Assembly: GCF_947495705.1 (NCBI RefSeq)
Contig: NZ_CANLZR010000006.1
Coordinates: 87,664-151,663 of the forward strand
Direction of reading: 5' to 3'
Source of the DNA: an uncultured Phycicoccus sp.
GTDB lineage: Bacteria > Actinomycetota > Actinomycetes > Actinomycetales > Dermatophilaceae
Length of the DNA stretch: 64,000 nucleotides
Shown: positions 50,637 through 58,692 of the stretch, piece by piece
Layout of the letters: the number at the start of each line of letters is the position of its first letter
Position numbering within the stretch: the stretch's first letter is position 1
Translations under genes and position numbers: made by a program
The notes under the pieces: generated by a model
What the model was told of the DNA's origin: nothing
Database searches by the model: none
What the model saw: the letters and a program-made list of their open reading frames with translations, nothing else

Positions 50637-51881
50637 TCAGGCGGATGTGGCGTCGTCGGCGGGGTCGAGGACGAGGTCGTGCCCCATCCGGTCCCGCTTG
50701 GTGCGCAGGTAGGCGGCGTTCGTCGGCAGCGGCGCGGTGCGCAGCCGCTCGACGGCCGACACCTCGATGCCGTGGGCGCGCAGGCCCGCGACCTTGGCCG
50801 GGTTGTTCGTCAGCAGGCGGAGGGAGCCGACCCCGAGGTCGGTGAGGATCCCCGCCGCCACGGAGTAGTCGCGGGCGTCGACGGGCAGGCCGAGCTCGAC
50901 CTGGGCGTCGACGGTGTCGCGGCCCTGGTCCTGCAGCTCGTAGGCGCGCAGCTTGTCGGCCAGGCCGACGCCACGGCCCTCGTGGCCGCGCAGGTAAACG
51001 ACCGCTCCACCGTCGGCGGCCACGAGCTCCAGGGACCGGTCCAGCTGGGGCCCGCAGTCGCAGCGCTGCGAGCCGAGGACGTCCCCGGTCAGGCACTCCG
51101 AGTGCACCCGGACCAGCGGGGCCCGGCCGCCGAGGCCGCGGGGGCTGACGAGCGCGAGGTGCTCGTCCCCGGTCACGGTGTCCCGGTAGGCGAGCGCGCG
51201 GAACGTCCCGTGCGCGGTCGGCAGCGTGGTGTCGGCGGCGCGCTCGACCCGGTCGTGACGCTGGCGCCAGGCGACGAGGTCGGCGATGGTGAGCACCGGC
51301 AGGTCGTGCTCCGCGCCGAGCGCGAGGACGCCGCCCAGCCGGGTCATCGTCCCGTCGTCCTCGACGAGCTCGCCGATGACGCCCACCGGCTGGAGGCCGG
51401 CGAGCCGGCACAGGTCGACGGTGGCCTCGGTGTGGCCGGGCCGGACGAGCACCCCGCCGGGCCGTGCCCGCAGCGGGATCAGGTGACCGGGCCGGATCAG
51501 GTCCTGGGCGGTCGACGCGGGGTCGGCCAGCACCCGCGCGGTCCGGGTGCGGTCGGCCGCCGAGATCCCCGTCGTCACCCCCGCCGCCGCGTCGACCGTC
51601 ACGGTGTACGCGGTCCGCAGCGGGTCGTGGTTGTCGCGGACCATGAGCGGCAGCCCGAGGCGGTCGGCGGTCGCGTCGGGCATCGGCGCGCAGAGGTAGC
51701 CCGAGGTGTGCCGGACGGTCCAGGCCGTCCACTCGGCGGTCAGCGTCTCGGCGGCGAGCACGACGTCGCCCTCGTTCTCGCGGTCGGCATCGTCGACGAC
51801 GAGGACCGGCCGGCCGGCCCGGAGGGCGGTCAGCGCCTCCTCGACGGTGGCGAGGGCCTGGGTGGGGCGTGGGCTGGTCAT
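50637..51881 (-). CDS. ribBA: bifunctional 3,4-dihydroxy-2-butanone-4-phosphate synthase / GTP cyclohydrolase II
   Basis: Internal ATG of ORF 50637..53288(-); 414 aa. Motifs [21 protein letters not shown] and [25 protein letters not shown] overlap with the ribE stop. Confidence 0.96.
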   Translation of the reverse strand: MTSPRPTQALATVEEALTALRAGRPVLVVDDADRENEGDVVLAAETLTAEWTAWTVRHTSGYLCAPMPDATADRLGLPLMVRDNHDPLRTAYTVTVDAAAGVTTGISAADRTRTARVLADPASTAQDLIRPGHLIPLRARPGGVLVRPGHTEATVDLCRLAGLQPVGVIGELVEDDGTMTRLGGVLALGAEHDLPVLTIADLVAWRQRHDRVERAADTTLPTAHGTFRALAYRDTVTGDEHLALVSPRGLGGRAPLVRVHSECLTGDVLGSQRCDCGPQLDRSLELVAADGGAVVYLRGHEGRGVGLADKLRAYELQDQGRDTVDAQVELGLPVDARDYSVAAGILTDLGVGSLRLLTNNPAKVAGLRAHGIEVSAVERLRTAPLPTNAAYLRTKRDRMGHDLVLDPADDATSA

Positions 51882-52492
51882 GCGGAGACCTCCGTACGGG
51901 CAAGACGCGCCGCGAGCAGGCGCTCGACGTACTTCGCGAGGACGTCGACCTCGAGGTTGACGAGGCCCCCGACCGCCGTCGCTCCGAGGGTGGTGAGCTC
52001 GAGGGTCGTGGGGATGAGCGAGACCGAGAACGTGTCGTCGGAGACGTCGACGACGGTCAGCGACACCCCGTCGACCGTGATCGAGCCCTTCTCGACGAGG
52101 TAGCGGGCGAGCGCCGGCGGCATGGCGAAGCGGACGACCTCCCAGCGCTCCCCCGGCTCGCGGGCGGTCACCGTGGCCGTGCCGTCGACGTGGCCCTGCA
52201 CGACGTGGCCGCCGAACCGGGACGAGGCCGCCATCGCCCGCTCGAGGTTGACGCGGGCGCCGGGCGCGAGGGCCCCGAGGCTGGTGCGGGTCAGCGTCTC
52301 GGCCATGACGTCGACCGTGAACGACCCCCCACCGTGCTCGACGACGGTGAGGCACACGCCGTTGACGGCGATCGAGGCGCCGTGCTCGGCGTCGGAGGTG
52401 ACGAGCGGACCGTGGACGGTGAGTCGTGCGGAGTCGGCGCCGCGCTCGATGGCGGTGACGGTGCCGAGCTCCTCGATGATGCCGGTGAACAC
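51878..52492 (-). CDS. ribE: riboflavin synthase
   Basis: 204-aa ORF. MFTGIIEELG, with duplicated lumazine-binding repeats (SIAVNGVCLTV and SITVDGVSLTV). Confidence 0.96.
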   Translation of the reverse strand: MFTGIIEELGTVTAIERGADSARLTVHGPLVTSDAEHGASIAVNGVCLTVVEHGGGSFTVDVMAETLTRTSLGALAPGARVNLERAMAASSRFGGHVVQGHVDGTATVTAREPGERWEVVRFAMPPALARYLVEKGSITVDGVSLTVVDVSDDTFSVSLIPTTLELTTLGATAVGGLVNLEVDVLAKYVERLLAARLARTEVSA

Positions 52493-52495
52493 GGG

Positions 52496-53512
52496 TCAGC
52501 TCCTTGTCGTCAGGGGTCGGGCGGTGATGCGCACATCGCCACCGAGGACCGCGACGTCGCGGGTCTCGAGGCGCAGCGCGTCGGTGATGGACGTGATCCC
52601 CAGGTCGCCGACAATGGCGGCACCGGCGCCCAGCAGGGCCGGTGCGAGGTAGGCCACGACCTCGTCGACGAGCCCGGCCCGCAGGAACGCGGCGGCGAGC
52701 GTGGGGCCGCCCTCGAGGAGGACGTGGTGCACCCCGCGGGCGGTCACGGCGGCCAGGGCCTCCGCCGGGTCGTGGCTCTGGACCACCAGCGTCTCCGCGG
52801 CGCCGTCGAGCACCCGGGCGTCGGGCGGCACCGGGCGCTGCCCGAGGACGACCCGCAGGGGCTGCCGGCGCGGCGTCGTGCCGTCCTCGGGTCGCACCGT
52901 GAGGGCGGGGTCGTCGGCCAGGACGGTGCCGGTGCCGACGAGCACCGCACCACAGCGCGATCGCAGCCCGTGGACGTCCGCGCGGGCCGGCTCCCCGGTG
53001 ATCCAGCGGCTCGACCCGTCCGCGGCGGCGGCCCGGCCGTCGAGGGTCGACGCCGTCTTCCAGGTGACCCAGGGTCGCCCCGCGCGCCGGGCGAAGAGCC
53101 ACGTCCGGTTGACCCTCTCCGCGTCCGCCTGCAGGGGGCCGGCCGCCACGTCGACCCCGGCCGCGGCCAGCCGGGCCGCTCCCCCGCCGGCTGCCGGGTC
53201 GGGGTCGGCCACGGCGTAGCGGACGGCGGCCACGCCCGCCGCGAGCAGCGCACCGGTGCAGGGGCCGGTGCGGCCCGTGTGGTCGCACGGTTCGAGGGTG
53301 ACGTACGCGGTGCCCCCGCGTGCCGCGTCGCCGGCCTGCGTGAGGGCGTCGACCTCGGCGTGCGCGGTGCCGGCCCCGCGGTGATGCCCGACGCCGACGA
53401 CGTCACCGTGCCGGGAGGTGACGACGCACCCGACGCGGGGGTTGGGGTCGGCCTCCGGCCCGAGCAGGGCAGCATCGAGCGCCCGCTGCATCAGCGCGGT
53501 GTGCTCGTCCAT
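52496..53512 (-). CDS. ribD: bifunctional diaminohydroxyphosphoribosylaminopyrimidine deaminase / 5-amino-6-(5-phosphoribosylamino)uracil reductase
   Basis: Internal ATG of ORF 52496..53827(-); 338 aa. Deaminase Zn motifs HAEVDAL and TLEPCDHTGRTGPC; reductase part KTASTLDGR. AGGA lies 5 nt upstream of the ATG. Confidence 0.95.
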   Translation of the reverse strand: MDEHTALMQRALDAALLGPEADPNPRVGCVVTSRHGDVVGVGHHRGAGTAHAEVDALTQAGDAARGGTAYVTLEPCDHTGRTGPCTGALLAAGVAAVRYAVADPDPAAGGGAARLAAAGVDVAAGPLQADAERVNRTWLFARRAGRPWVTWKTASTLDGRAAAADGSSRWITGEPARADVHGLRSRCGAVLVGTGTVLADDPALTVRPEDGTTPRRQPLRVVLGQRPVPPDARVLDGAAETLVVQSHDPAEALAAVTARGVHHVLLEGGPTLAAAFLRAGLVDEVVAYLAPALLGAGAAIVGDLGITSITDALRLETRDVAVLGGDVRITARPLTTRS

Positions 53513-53636
53513 GGTGTCCTGCCCTCGTGCCGCGAACCGGTCTGTCGGTCGGGCTCCGGGCTGATGGCCGACACCGGCGCACCACAGGGGTGCGCCGTCG
53601 TCACGGCCGCCGACGGGACCCGAGGGTCCCACCGGC

Positions 53637-53763
53637 ACGTGCTGCCTCCCATCCGGACTTTCACCGTCGGTCCAGGAGTTCCACCTGGTCAACCGGCCGC
53701 TGGCTGCGGCCGGGTCGCGGACTGTCACCGCCGGCTCGGAATTGCACCGACCCCGGAGCACGT
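53637..53763 (-). promoter_or_regulatory. FMN riboswitch (RFN element) aptamer
   Basis: Minus strand: ACGTGCTCCGGGGTCGGTGCAATTCCGAGCCGGCGGTGACAGTCCGCGACCCGGCCGCAGCCAGCGGCCGGTTGACCAGGTGGAACTCCTGGACCGACGGTGAAAGTCCGGATGGGAGGCAGCACGT. The P1 helix is ACGTGCT/AGCACGT, and the conserved RFN cores are present (GGGGTCGGTG.AATTCCGA.CCGGCGGT, GACCGACGGT.AAAGTCCGGATGGGAG). It lies 124 nt upstream of the ribD ATG. Confidence 0.93.
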
Positions 53764-53771
53764 ACCTGGCC

Positions 53772-53777
53772 ATTATG
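53772..53777 (-). promoter_or_regulatory. candidate -10 hexamer CATAAT of the rib operon promoter
   Basis: On the minus strand gcgCATAATggccaggt precedes the riboswitch P1 helix. The hexamer ends 8 nt before the first P1 nucleotide (53763). The -35 is weak. Confidence 0.4.
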
Positions 53778-53816
53778 CGCCATCGGTGCCGCTGCGGGCA
53801 CCTCCGGTCTGCTGTG

Positions 53817-53833
53817 CGGTCGGTCACCGACCG
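53817..53833. other. 17-nt perfect palindrome cggtcggtCaccgaccg just downstream of a CDS stop (hairpin terminator or operator)
   Basis: 8-bp arms around a central C. On the minus strand it starts 4 nt after the stop of the 597-aa gene and lies about 40 nt upstream of the candidate rib -10. Confidence 0.35.
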
Positions 53834-53837
53834 GCGG

Positions 53838-55631
53838 TCAGAGGTCGTGCGCTCGCGGGTCGGCCGGGTCCAGCCCGACCTCGGTGAGGTAGCGCGACGC
53901 GGCGGCGCGGTTGACGGCGTACCGCCCGGCGTCCGGGTCCCACCTGCGGTACGCGCCCACGACCCGGCGGGTCCGCGGCTCCGACGGGGTCGCGGCGGTG
54001 GACGTGACGACGTCGACGGTGGCGCCGACCCGCTGCGCCGCCTCGCGCACGGCGTCGACCACCCACGCGTCCTCGTCGTCGACAGTGGCGACCCGGTGCC
54101 GCGCCCGCGGATGCTCGCGGACGACCGCGGCGATGACGGCCCGCCCGGCGGCCCGGGACCCGCCCTCGGCGAGGCGCGTGCGGTCGGCCGGCACCCCGAG
54201 CGCAGCGGCCGCGTCGGTCACCTCGGCCCGGACGGCCGCGGCGAGCGCGTCGTCGGTCAGGGGCTCGCGCAGCTCTGCGTCCAGCGCCCGCCGGCGTGCC
54301 GTGTCGAGCCCGATGCCGGCATGCACCAGCACCAGGTGGTCGGGCCGGACCTCTGCGAGGGCGGCCCCGAACGCCAGCAGCTCGTGCCCGGGCCGGGCCA
54401 GGTACCAGACCTCGGTGCCCGTGCGCGCGGAGGCGAGTCCCGTGGCGAGGCCGACGAGCCGGCGAGCCGCCGACCGGGCGGTGCGGACCGCACCCCGGGC
54501 GAGGGCTCTGGGCCCGGCGGGGGGACCGACCCGCCGCTGCGGCCCGGTGCCCGCCGGGCCCGGCACGCTCCGAGGCGCCGGAGCGGGCGGTGCGGGCTCG
54601 GGCGCCCCCCGGCGTTCGACCCGCAGGCTGTAGCTGTGGTCGAAGTCCTCGGTCCACTCGAACTTCCACGGGTACCGGCCCGACCCGAAGTCGAAGACGG
54701 CGACGTCACCGTCGGCGAGCACGTGGTCGAGGACGTCGTACTGGATGACCTTGCCGAGGCGGTAGTCGCGCAGGGCCGGGTCGTACGCGCTCGTCCACGA
54801 CAGGAGGGTGTCGCGGTGTCGGAAGGTCGAGCGCGCGGCGAGGAGCTCGCCCCCGGGGGACTCGTAGCAGAAGGTGCGCACCGCCCCGGGGGTCGCGAAG
54901 AGCCGCTCGTAGTGGGTGCGTCGCTGCGGGTCCTCGTACCAGGAGTGGCGCTCGTCGCGGCCCGCGTCCTCGACGAGGTGCTGCTTCTCGGCGACGTGCA
55001 GGCGCCCCAGCCGGTGGAACATGTCCGCGTCGTCGCCGTCGTGCACGACGAAGCGCACGTCGTGGTCCCGGACCAGCTTGTTCCGGTACTTGCGGGTCTT
55101 GGACGGCAGCCCGTGGTCGCGCTCGAACGCCTCGATCCCGGCCACCCCCGCGAGCGGGATCCGGGGGTGCTCGACCTGGTGCGTCAGGTGGCCGTTCCAG
55201 TGGTCGGACGCGAGGAGGACCGAGCACAGGTGCGACCCGGCCCGGATGTGGTCGAGCTGCAGCCGGTCCCATGCGTCGTCGGCGTCGACGTGCGCGAGCA
55301 GCGCCTTGAGGACCGTCGCCACCGGCGCGGCGGGGTCGAGGACCGGCGCCATCCAGTCGCCGTGGCTCGCGAAGCGCAGGACCTGCACCTCCCGGCCCTT
55401 GCTGCGGCGCCGCCGCAGCGCGAGCGGCAGGATGCCGACCACGGCGCCGTTCTGCCGCGCCACGAGGACCCGCAGCCCGAAGGTGTCGAGACCGCCGTAC
55501 GCCTCCCACCACCCCCGGACGCAGTCGAAGGTCGTGTAGAACTCGGCCCGCGGGTCGGCGGCGTCGAGGCGCCGCCAGTCGTCCGCCAGGGCGTCGAGCC
55601 CGGCGGTGTCATCGACGACCTCGACGTCCAC
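53838..55631 (-). CDS. fusion protein: CelD/FemAB-like GNAT (Acetyltransf_6-type) domain + Pro-rich linker + degenerate PIG-L-like domain
   Basis: 597-aa ORF. Residues 1-340 resemble CelD-like GNATs (LDALADDWRRLD...FYTTFDCVRGWW...ILPLALRRR...KYRNKLVRD...LLSWTSAYDPALRDYRLGKVIQYDVLDH...FDFGSGRYPWKFEWT). Residues 341-405 form a Pro/Arg/Ala linker. Residues 406-597 align by eye with the neighbouring PIG-L protein (VWYLARPGHELLAFGAAL vs LALVPHQDDELLIMGAAL; HLVLVHAGIG vs VHLVLFGLGDG) but lack its His/Asp motifs. Confidence 0.7.
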   Translation of the reverse strand: MDVEVVDDTAGLDALADDWRRLDAADPRAEFYTTFDCVRGWWEAYGGLDTFGLRVLVARQNGAVVGILPLALRRRRSKGREVQVLRFASHGDWMAPVLDPAAPVATVLKALLAHVDADDAWDRLQLDHIRAGSHLCSVLLASDHWNGHLTHQVEHPRIPLAGVAGIEAFERDHGLPSKTRKYRNKLVRDHDVRFVVHDGDDADMFHRLGRLHVAEKQHLVEDAGRDERHSWYEDPQRRTHYERLFATPGAVRTFCYESPGGELLAARSTFRHRDTLLSWTSAYDPALRDYRLGKVIQYDVLDHVLADGDVAVFDFGSGRYPWKFEWTEDFDHSYSLRVERRGAPEPAPPAPAPRSVPGPAGTGPQRRVGPPAGPRALARGAVRTARSAARRLVGLATGLASARTGTEVWYLARPGHELLAFGAALAEVRPDHLVLVHAGIGLDTARRRALDAELREPLTDDALAAAVRAEVTDAAAALGVPADRTRLAEGGSRAAGRAVIAAVVREHPRARHRVATVDDEDAWVVDAVREAAQRVGATVDVVTSTAATPSEPRTRRVVGAYRRWDPDAGRYAVNRAAASRYLTEVGLDPADPRAHDL

Positions 55632-56205
55632 GGGCCACCTCCCTGAGCCAGGCCGGGGTGGCCGGCAGCTCGACCGTCCGGTGCAGTGCGGGCACGTGCA
55701 GGAGCTGGCTGCGGGGGGTGAAGCCGAGCCGCCCGTAGGACGCCCGGCTCGCGGCGTTCGCGTTCGTGATGGTCGTGACGGCGCGGCGAGCCCCGGCCTC
55801 GCGGGCGAGCTCCATCCGGCGCCGGATCGTGAACGCGTGCACGCCGCGCCGCTGGAAGCCCGCGAGCGTCCGGTCGTCGAAGAGGAAGACCTCGTCCGCT
55901 CGGAGCCGCAGGGTGTGCCCGATCCGGGAGTTCGGCCCGCTGCCCGCGATCATGTGGCACCAGCCCAGGAACGCCCCGTCCGCGTCCCGCACGACCCAGA
56001 CCTGCTCGTCGGTGCCGAGCCGGTCGCGCAGCACCGCCAGCTTGCGCGCGTTCAGCCCTTTCGGAGCGGTGCGGTGGAACTCGGCGAGCAGTGCCTCGTC
56101 GGCTCGCTCGAGCCGGTAGCCACGGTCGGGTCCGGGGTCGGGCAGGTCGGTCAGGTCGCGGGCGAACGTCGTCAGACGCTCGTATCGCGGTGTCCTCGAC
56201 GCCAC
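55609..56205 (-). CDS. GNAT family N-acetyltransferase
   Basis: 3' part of ORF 55609..56910(-). GTG 56205 start, preceded by GGAAGGGA; 198 aa. Motifs VFLFDDRTLAGFQRRGVHAFTIRRRMELAREAG and SRASYGRLGF. The 3' end overlaps the start of the 597-aa gene by 23 nt. Confidence 0.75.
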   Translation of the reverse strand: MASRTPRYERLTTFARDLTDLPDPGPDRGYRLERADEALLAEFHRTAPKGLNARKLAVLRDRLGTDEQVWVVRDADGAFLGWCHMIAGSGPNSRIGHTLRLRADEVFLFDDRTLAGFQRRGVHAFTIRRRMELAREAGARRAVTTITNANAASRASYGRLGFTPRSQLLHVPALHRTVELPATPAWLREVARGRRGRR

Positions 56206-56256
56206 GTGGTCCCTTCCACTCGCGGATGCCCGACCGGTCACGGCTACGCTAGCGCA

Positions 56257-56934
56257 GTGGCCTCGACCCCTCCGGTGCTCGCCCTCGTGCCGCACCAGGA
56301 CGACGAGCTGCTCATCATGGGGGCAGCGCTGCGCAACGCCACCGCCGCGGGTCGCGAGGTCCACCTCGTCCTCTTCGGCCTCGGCGACGGGACCGCCGTC
56401 CGGCGCCGCGACATGCCCGCACTGCTCGGGCGGGAGCCGTCGCCGGAGGAGATCGGCCGGGTGCGCGACCGCGAGTTCTCGATGTCGGCCCACCTGCTCG
56501 GGGTCGAGCGGGCCCACGTGCACGCGGCGACACCGCGCCAGCGGGAGAAGTCCTTCACCCGGGACACCACCCACGAGGTCGTCACGGGGTGGGTGCAGCG
56601 CCTGCCGGACGCCGAGGTCTGGGTCGTCAGCGAGCACGACGAGAACCCCGACCACTCCGTTCTGGGCGCGGTCGTCGCGGACCTCGCCGCAAATGGGGGC
56701 CTGCGGCACCCGGCTCGCGCGTTCGTCGCCCCCTGGTGCCGCGACCGGCTCCCCCACCCTCCGCTCGAGCGGGAGACCGCCGACATCGGCTACCGGGAGC
56801 AGTACCCGTACCGCTACACCGACGTGGCGGCGGGCCAGTGGGGGGTCGGGCTGAGGTCGGTGCGTGGGTACTTCGACGCCCAGCTGGACGATCCGGCCTG
56901 CTGGAGCCACCGGCTGGAGCCGGCCACCGGCTGA
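56257..56934 (+). CDS. PIG-L (LmbE-like) family deacetylase
   Basis: Internal GTG of ORF 55606..56934(+); 225 aa. Motif VLALVPHQDDELLIMGAAL (PHxDDE), then VHLVLFGLGDG and SEHDENPDHSVLG. Divergent from the GNAT across a 51-nt gap. Confidence 0.8.
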   Translation: MASTPPVLALVPHQDDELLIMGAALRNATAAGREVHLVLFGLGDGTAVRRRDMPALLGREPSPEEIGRVRDREFSMSAHLLGVERAHVHAATPRQREKSFTRDTTHEVVTGWVQRLPDAEVWVVSEHDENPDHSVLGAVVADLAANGGLRHPARAFVAPWCRDRLPHPPLERETADIGYREQYPYRYTDVAAGQWGVGLRSVRGYFDAQLDDPACWSHRLEPATG

Positions 56935-56958
56935 CCGCCGCCCGCCGCCCGCCGCGGG

Positions 56959-57570
56959 TCAGCCCTCGACGACGACACCCATCGCCCGCAGGATGCCGGC
57001 GGCGCCGACGACGTCGACGTGCAGCCCCCGGATCCGGTTGGCCGACGGGTCGATGAGGTACCCCGACGCCCCCGTGAGGTCCGCGTCGCGCAGGTCGGTG
57101 GCGGCGAACGTCGCCCCGGCGAGGTCCGCGCCGGTGAGCACGGCCCGGCGCAGGTCGGCGCCGGCGAGGTCGACCTCGTGCATCGAGCAGTCGGCGAACC
57201 GGGACGCGGCGGCCTCGACGTCGCGGAAGGAGCCGAGGTCGAGGCGGCACCGTTCGAAGTCCCACGGGCGCGTCGACAGCGGTGACGCCCCGGCCCGGCC
57301 CCACGCGACGGCGAGCGCCTTGCAGTCGACGAACCGGCAGTCGGTGAAGCGGGAGCCGTCGAGGTCGGCCATCGAGAGGTTGCAGCCGGTGAACGTGCAG
57401 TCGACGAAGGTGCTCGAGCGGAGCACGGCCTTCTCGAGGACGTTCCCGACGAACCGGCAGGCCTCGAACTCGGCCCCGTCGAGGACCTCGCCGGGGGCCA
57501 GCCCGTCGGTGAGGTCGGCGTCGGCCAGGTAGCCGCCGGACTCGGCGACGCGTTCGGCGAGGGTGGTCAC
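56959..57570 (-). CDS. pentapeptide-repeat protein
   Basis: Internal GTG of ORF 56959..58020(-); 203 aa. Runs of A(D/N)LXX-type repeats (ADLTDG..., CTFTGCNLSMADLDGSRFTDCRFVDC..., VDLAGADLRRAVLTGADLAGATFAATDLRDADLTGA). The start is 2 nt after the rpe stop. Confidence 0.85.
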   Translation of the reverse strand: MTTLAERVAESGGYLADADLTDGLAPGEVLDGAEFEACRFVGNVLEKAVLRSSTFVDCTFTGCNLSMADLDGSRFTDCRFVDCKALAVAWGRAGASPLSTRPWDFERCRLDLGSFRDVEAAASRFADCSMHEVDLAGADLRRAVLTGADLAGATFAATDLRDADLTGASGYLIDPSANRIRGLHVDVVGAAGILRAMGVVVEG

Positions 57571-57572
57571 CG

Positions 57573-58238
57573 TCAGTGCCGGTGCCGCTCGGCGAGCGCC
57601 CGCAGCTCGGCGATGGCGTCGGCTGCGGACTCCTTGCCGTACACAGCGGACCCGGCGACGAAGACGTCGGCCCCGGCCTCGGCGCACTGCTCGATGGTGT
57701 CGGCGGAGACCCCGCCGTCGACCTGGACCCAGATGTCGCCGCCGTGCCGGCGCACCGCCTCGCGGACCTGCCGCACCTTGGGCATCTGGTCGGCCATGAA
57801 CGACTGGCCGCCGAAGCCCGGCTCGACGGTCATGACGAGGACCATGTCGACCTCGGCGAGGAGGTCGGCGTACGGTGCGAAGTCGGTGCCGGGCTTGACC
57901 GCGAACGCGGCCCGCGCCCCGGCGGCGCGGATGGCCCGGGCCGTGGCGACCGGGTCCGCGGCGGCCTCGACGTGGAAGGTCACCGACTCGGCGCCGGCCT
58001 CGGCGTACCCCGGGGCCCACCGGTCCGGGTCCTCGATCATCAGGTGGCAGTCGAGCGGGACGGGGCTGACCTCGCGCAGCCGCTCGACGACGGGGAGCCC
58101 GAGGGTGAGGTTGGGCACGAAGTGGTTGTCCATGACGTCGACGTGAGCCCAGTCGGCCGTCGCGATGGCCTCGAGCTCGGACTGGAGGTTGGCGAAGTCG
58201 GCGGCGAGGATCGAAGGCGAGATCAGCACAGGCGTCAC
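57573..58238 (-). CDS. rpe: ribulose-phosphate 3-epimerase
   Basis: Internal GTG of ORF 57573..58529(-); 221 aa. Motifs [32 protein letters not shown] and VDGG. Confidence 0.96.
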   Translation of the reverse strand: MTPVLISPSILAADFANLQSELEAIATADWAHVDVMDNHFVPNLTLGLPVVERLREVSPVPLDCHLMIEDPDRWAPGYAEAGAESVTFHVEAAADPVATARAIRAAGARAAFAVKPGTDFAPYADLLAEVDMVLVMTVEPGFGGQSFMADQMPKVRQVREAVRRHGGDIWVQVDGGVSADTIEQCAEAGADVFVAGSAVYGKESAADAIAELRALAERHRH

Positions 58239-58239
58239 C

Positions 58240-58692
58240 CTAGCGACCGGGTTCGTCGAGTTCCTCGCCACCGGTGCGGGCACGGACGTGGGCGATGCGC
58301 CACCGGCCGTCGCGCCGGACCAGGACGTCGGTGTAGCCGTGCACCATGGATCCGTCCGGGTCCACCCCGGGCGCCTGCGGCCCGAGCCCGCTGAGGCGGG
58401 CCGTCCCGTCGAGGACCGCGACGTCCTCGGTGAGCAGGTCGACGCGCAGCACCGTGCTCCGGTGTGAGGACCCGCGGGCCCAACCCGCGAACAGCTCCAC
58501 CAACAGCGCCCTGGCCTCCGCTGAGCCACGGGCCACGTCGCCCCGCGGGCTGACGAGCACCACGTCGTCGGTCAGGCAGCGGAGCAACCCGTCGACGTCG
58601 CCGCGCCCCCACGCCTCGTCGTAGTCCGACTCGACCCGGCGGACCCGGTCGGTCTCGGCCTGGACCCATCGCGGGGTGCCTGGGTCAGCCAT
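58240..58692 (-). CDS. SnoaL-like / DUF4440 (NTF2-fold) protein
   Basis: Internal ATG of ORF 58240..58773(-); 150 aa. Motifs [39 protein letters not shown] and [16 protein letters not shown]. 8-nt overlap with the rsmB stop. Its own stop is 1 nt before the rpe GTG. Confidence 0.7.
   Translation of the reverse strand: MADPGTPRWVQAETDRVRRVESDYDEAWGRGDVDGLLRCLTDDVVLVSPRGDVARGSAEARALLVELFAGWARGSSHRSTVLRVDLLTEDVAVLDGTARLSGLGPQAPGVDPDGSMVHGYTDVLVRRDGRWRIAHVRARTGGEELDEPGR

Noticed and set aside
55609-56934. Interpreting the PIG-L/GNAT divergent pair as mycothiol genes mshB/mshD
   Set aside because: The PIG-L protein (225 aa) is shorter than MshB as I recall it. The GNAT has a single domain, not the tandem-GNAT MshD layout. 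The genomic context differs. This cannot be fully excluded without a search.
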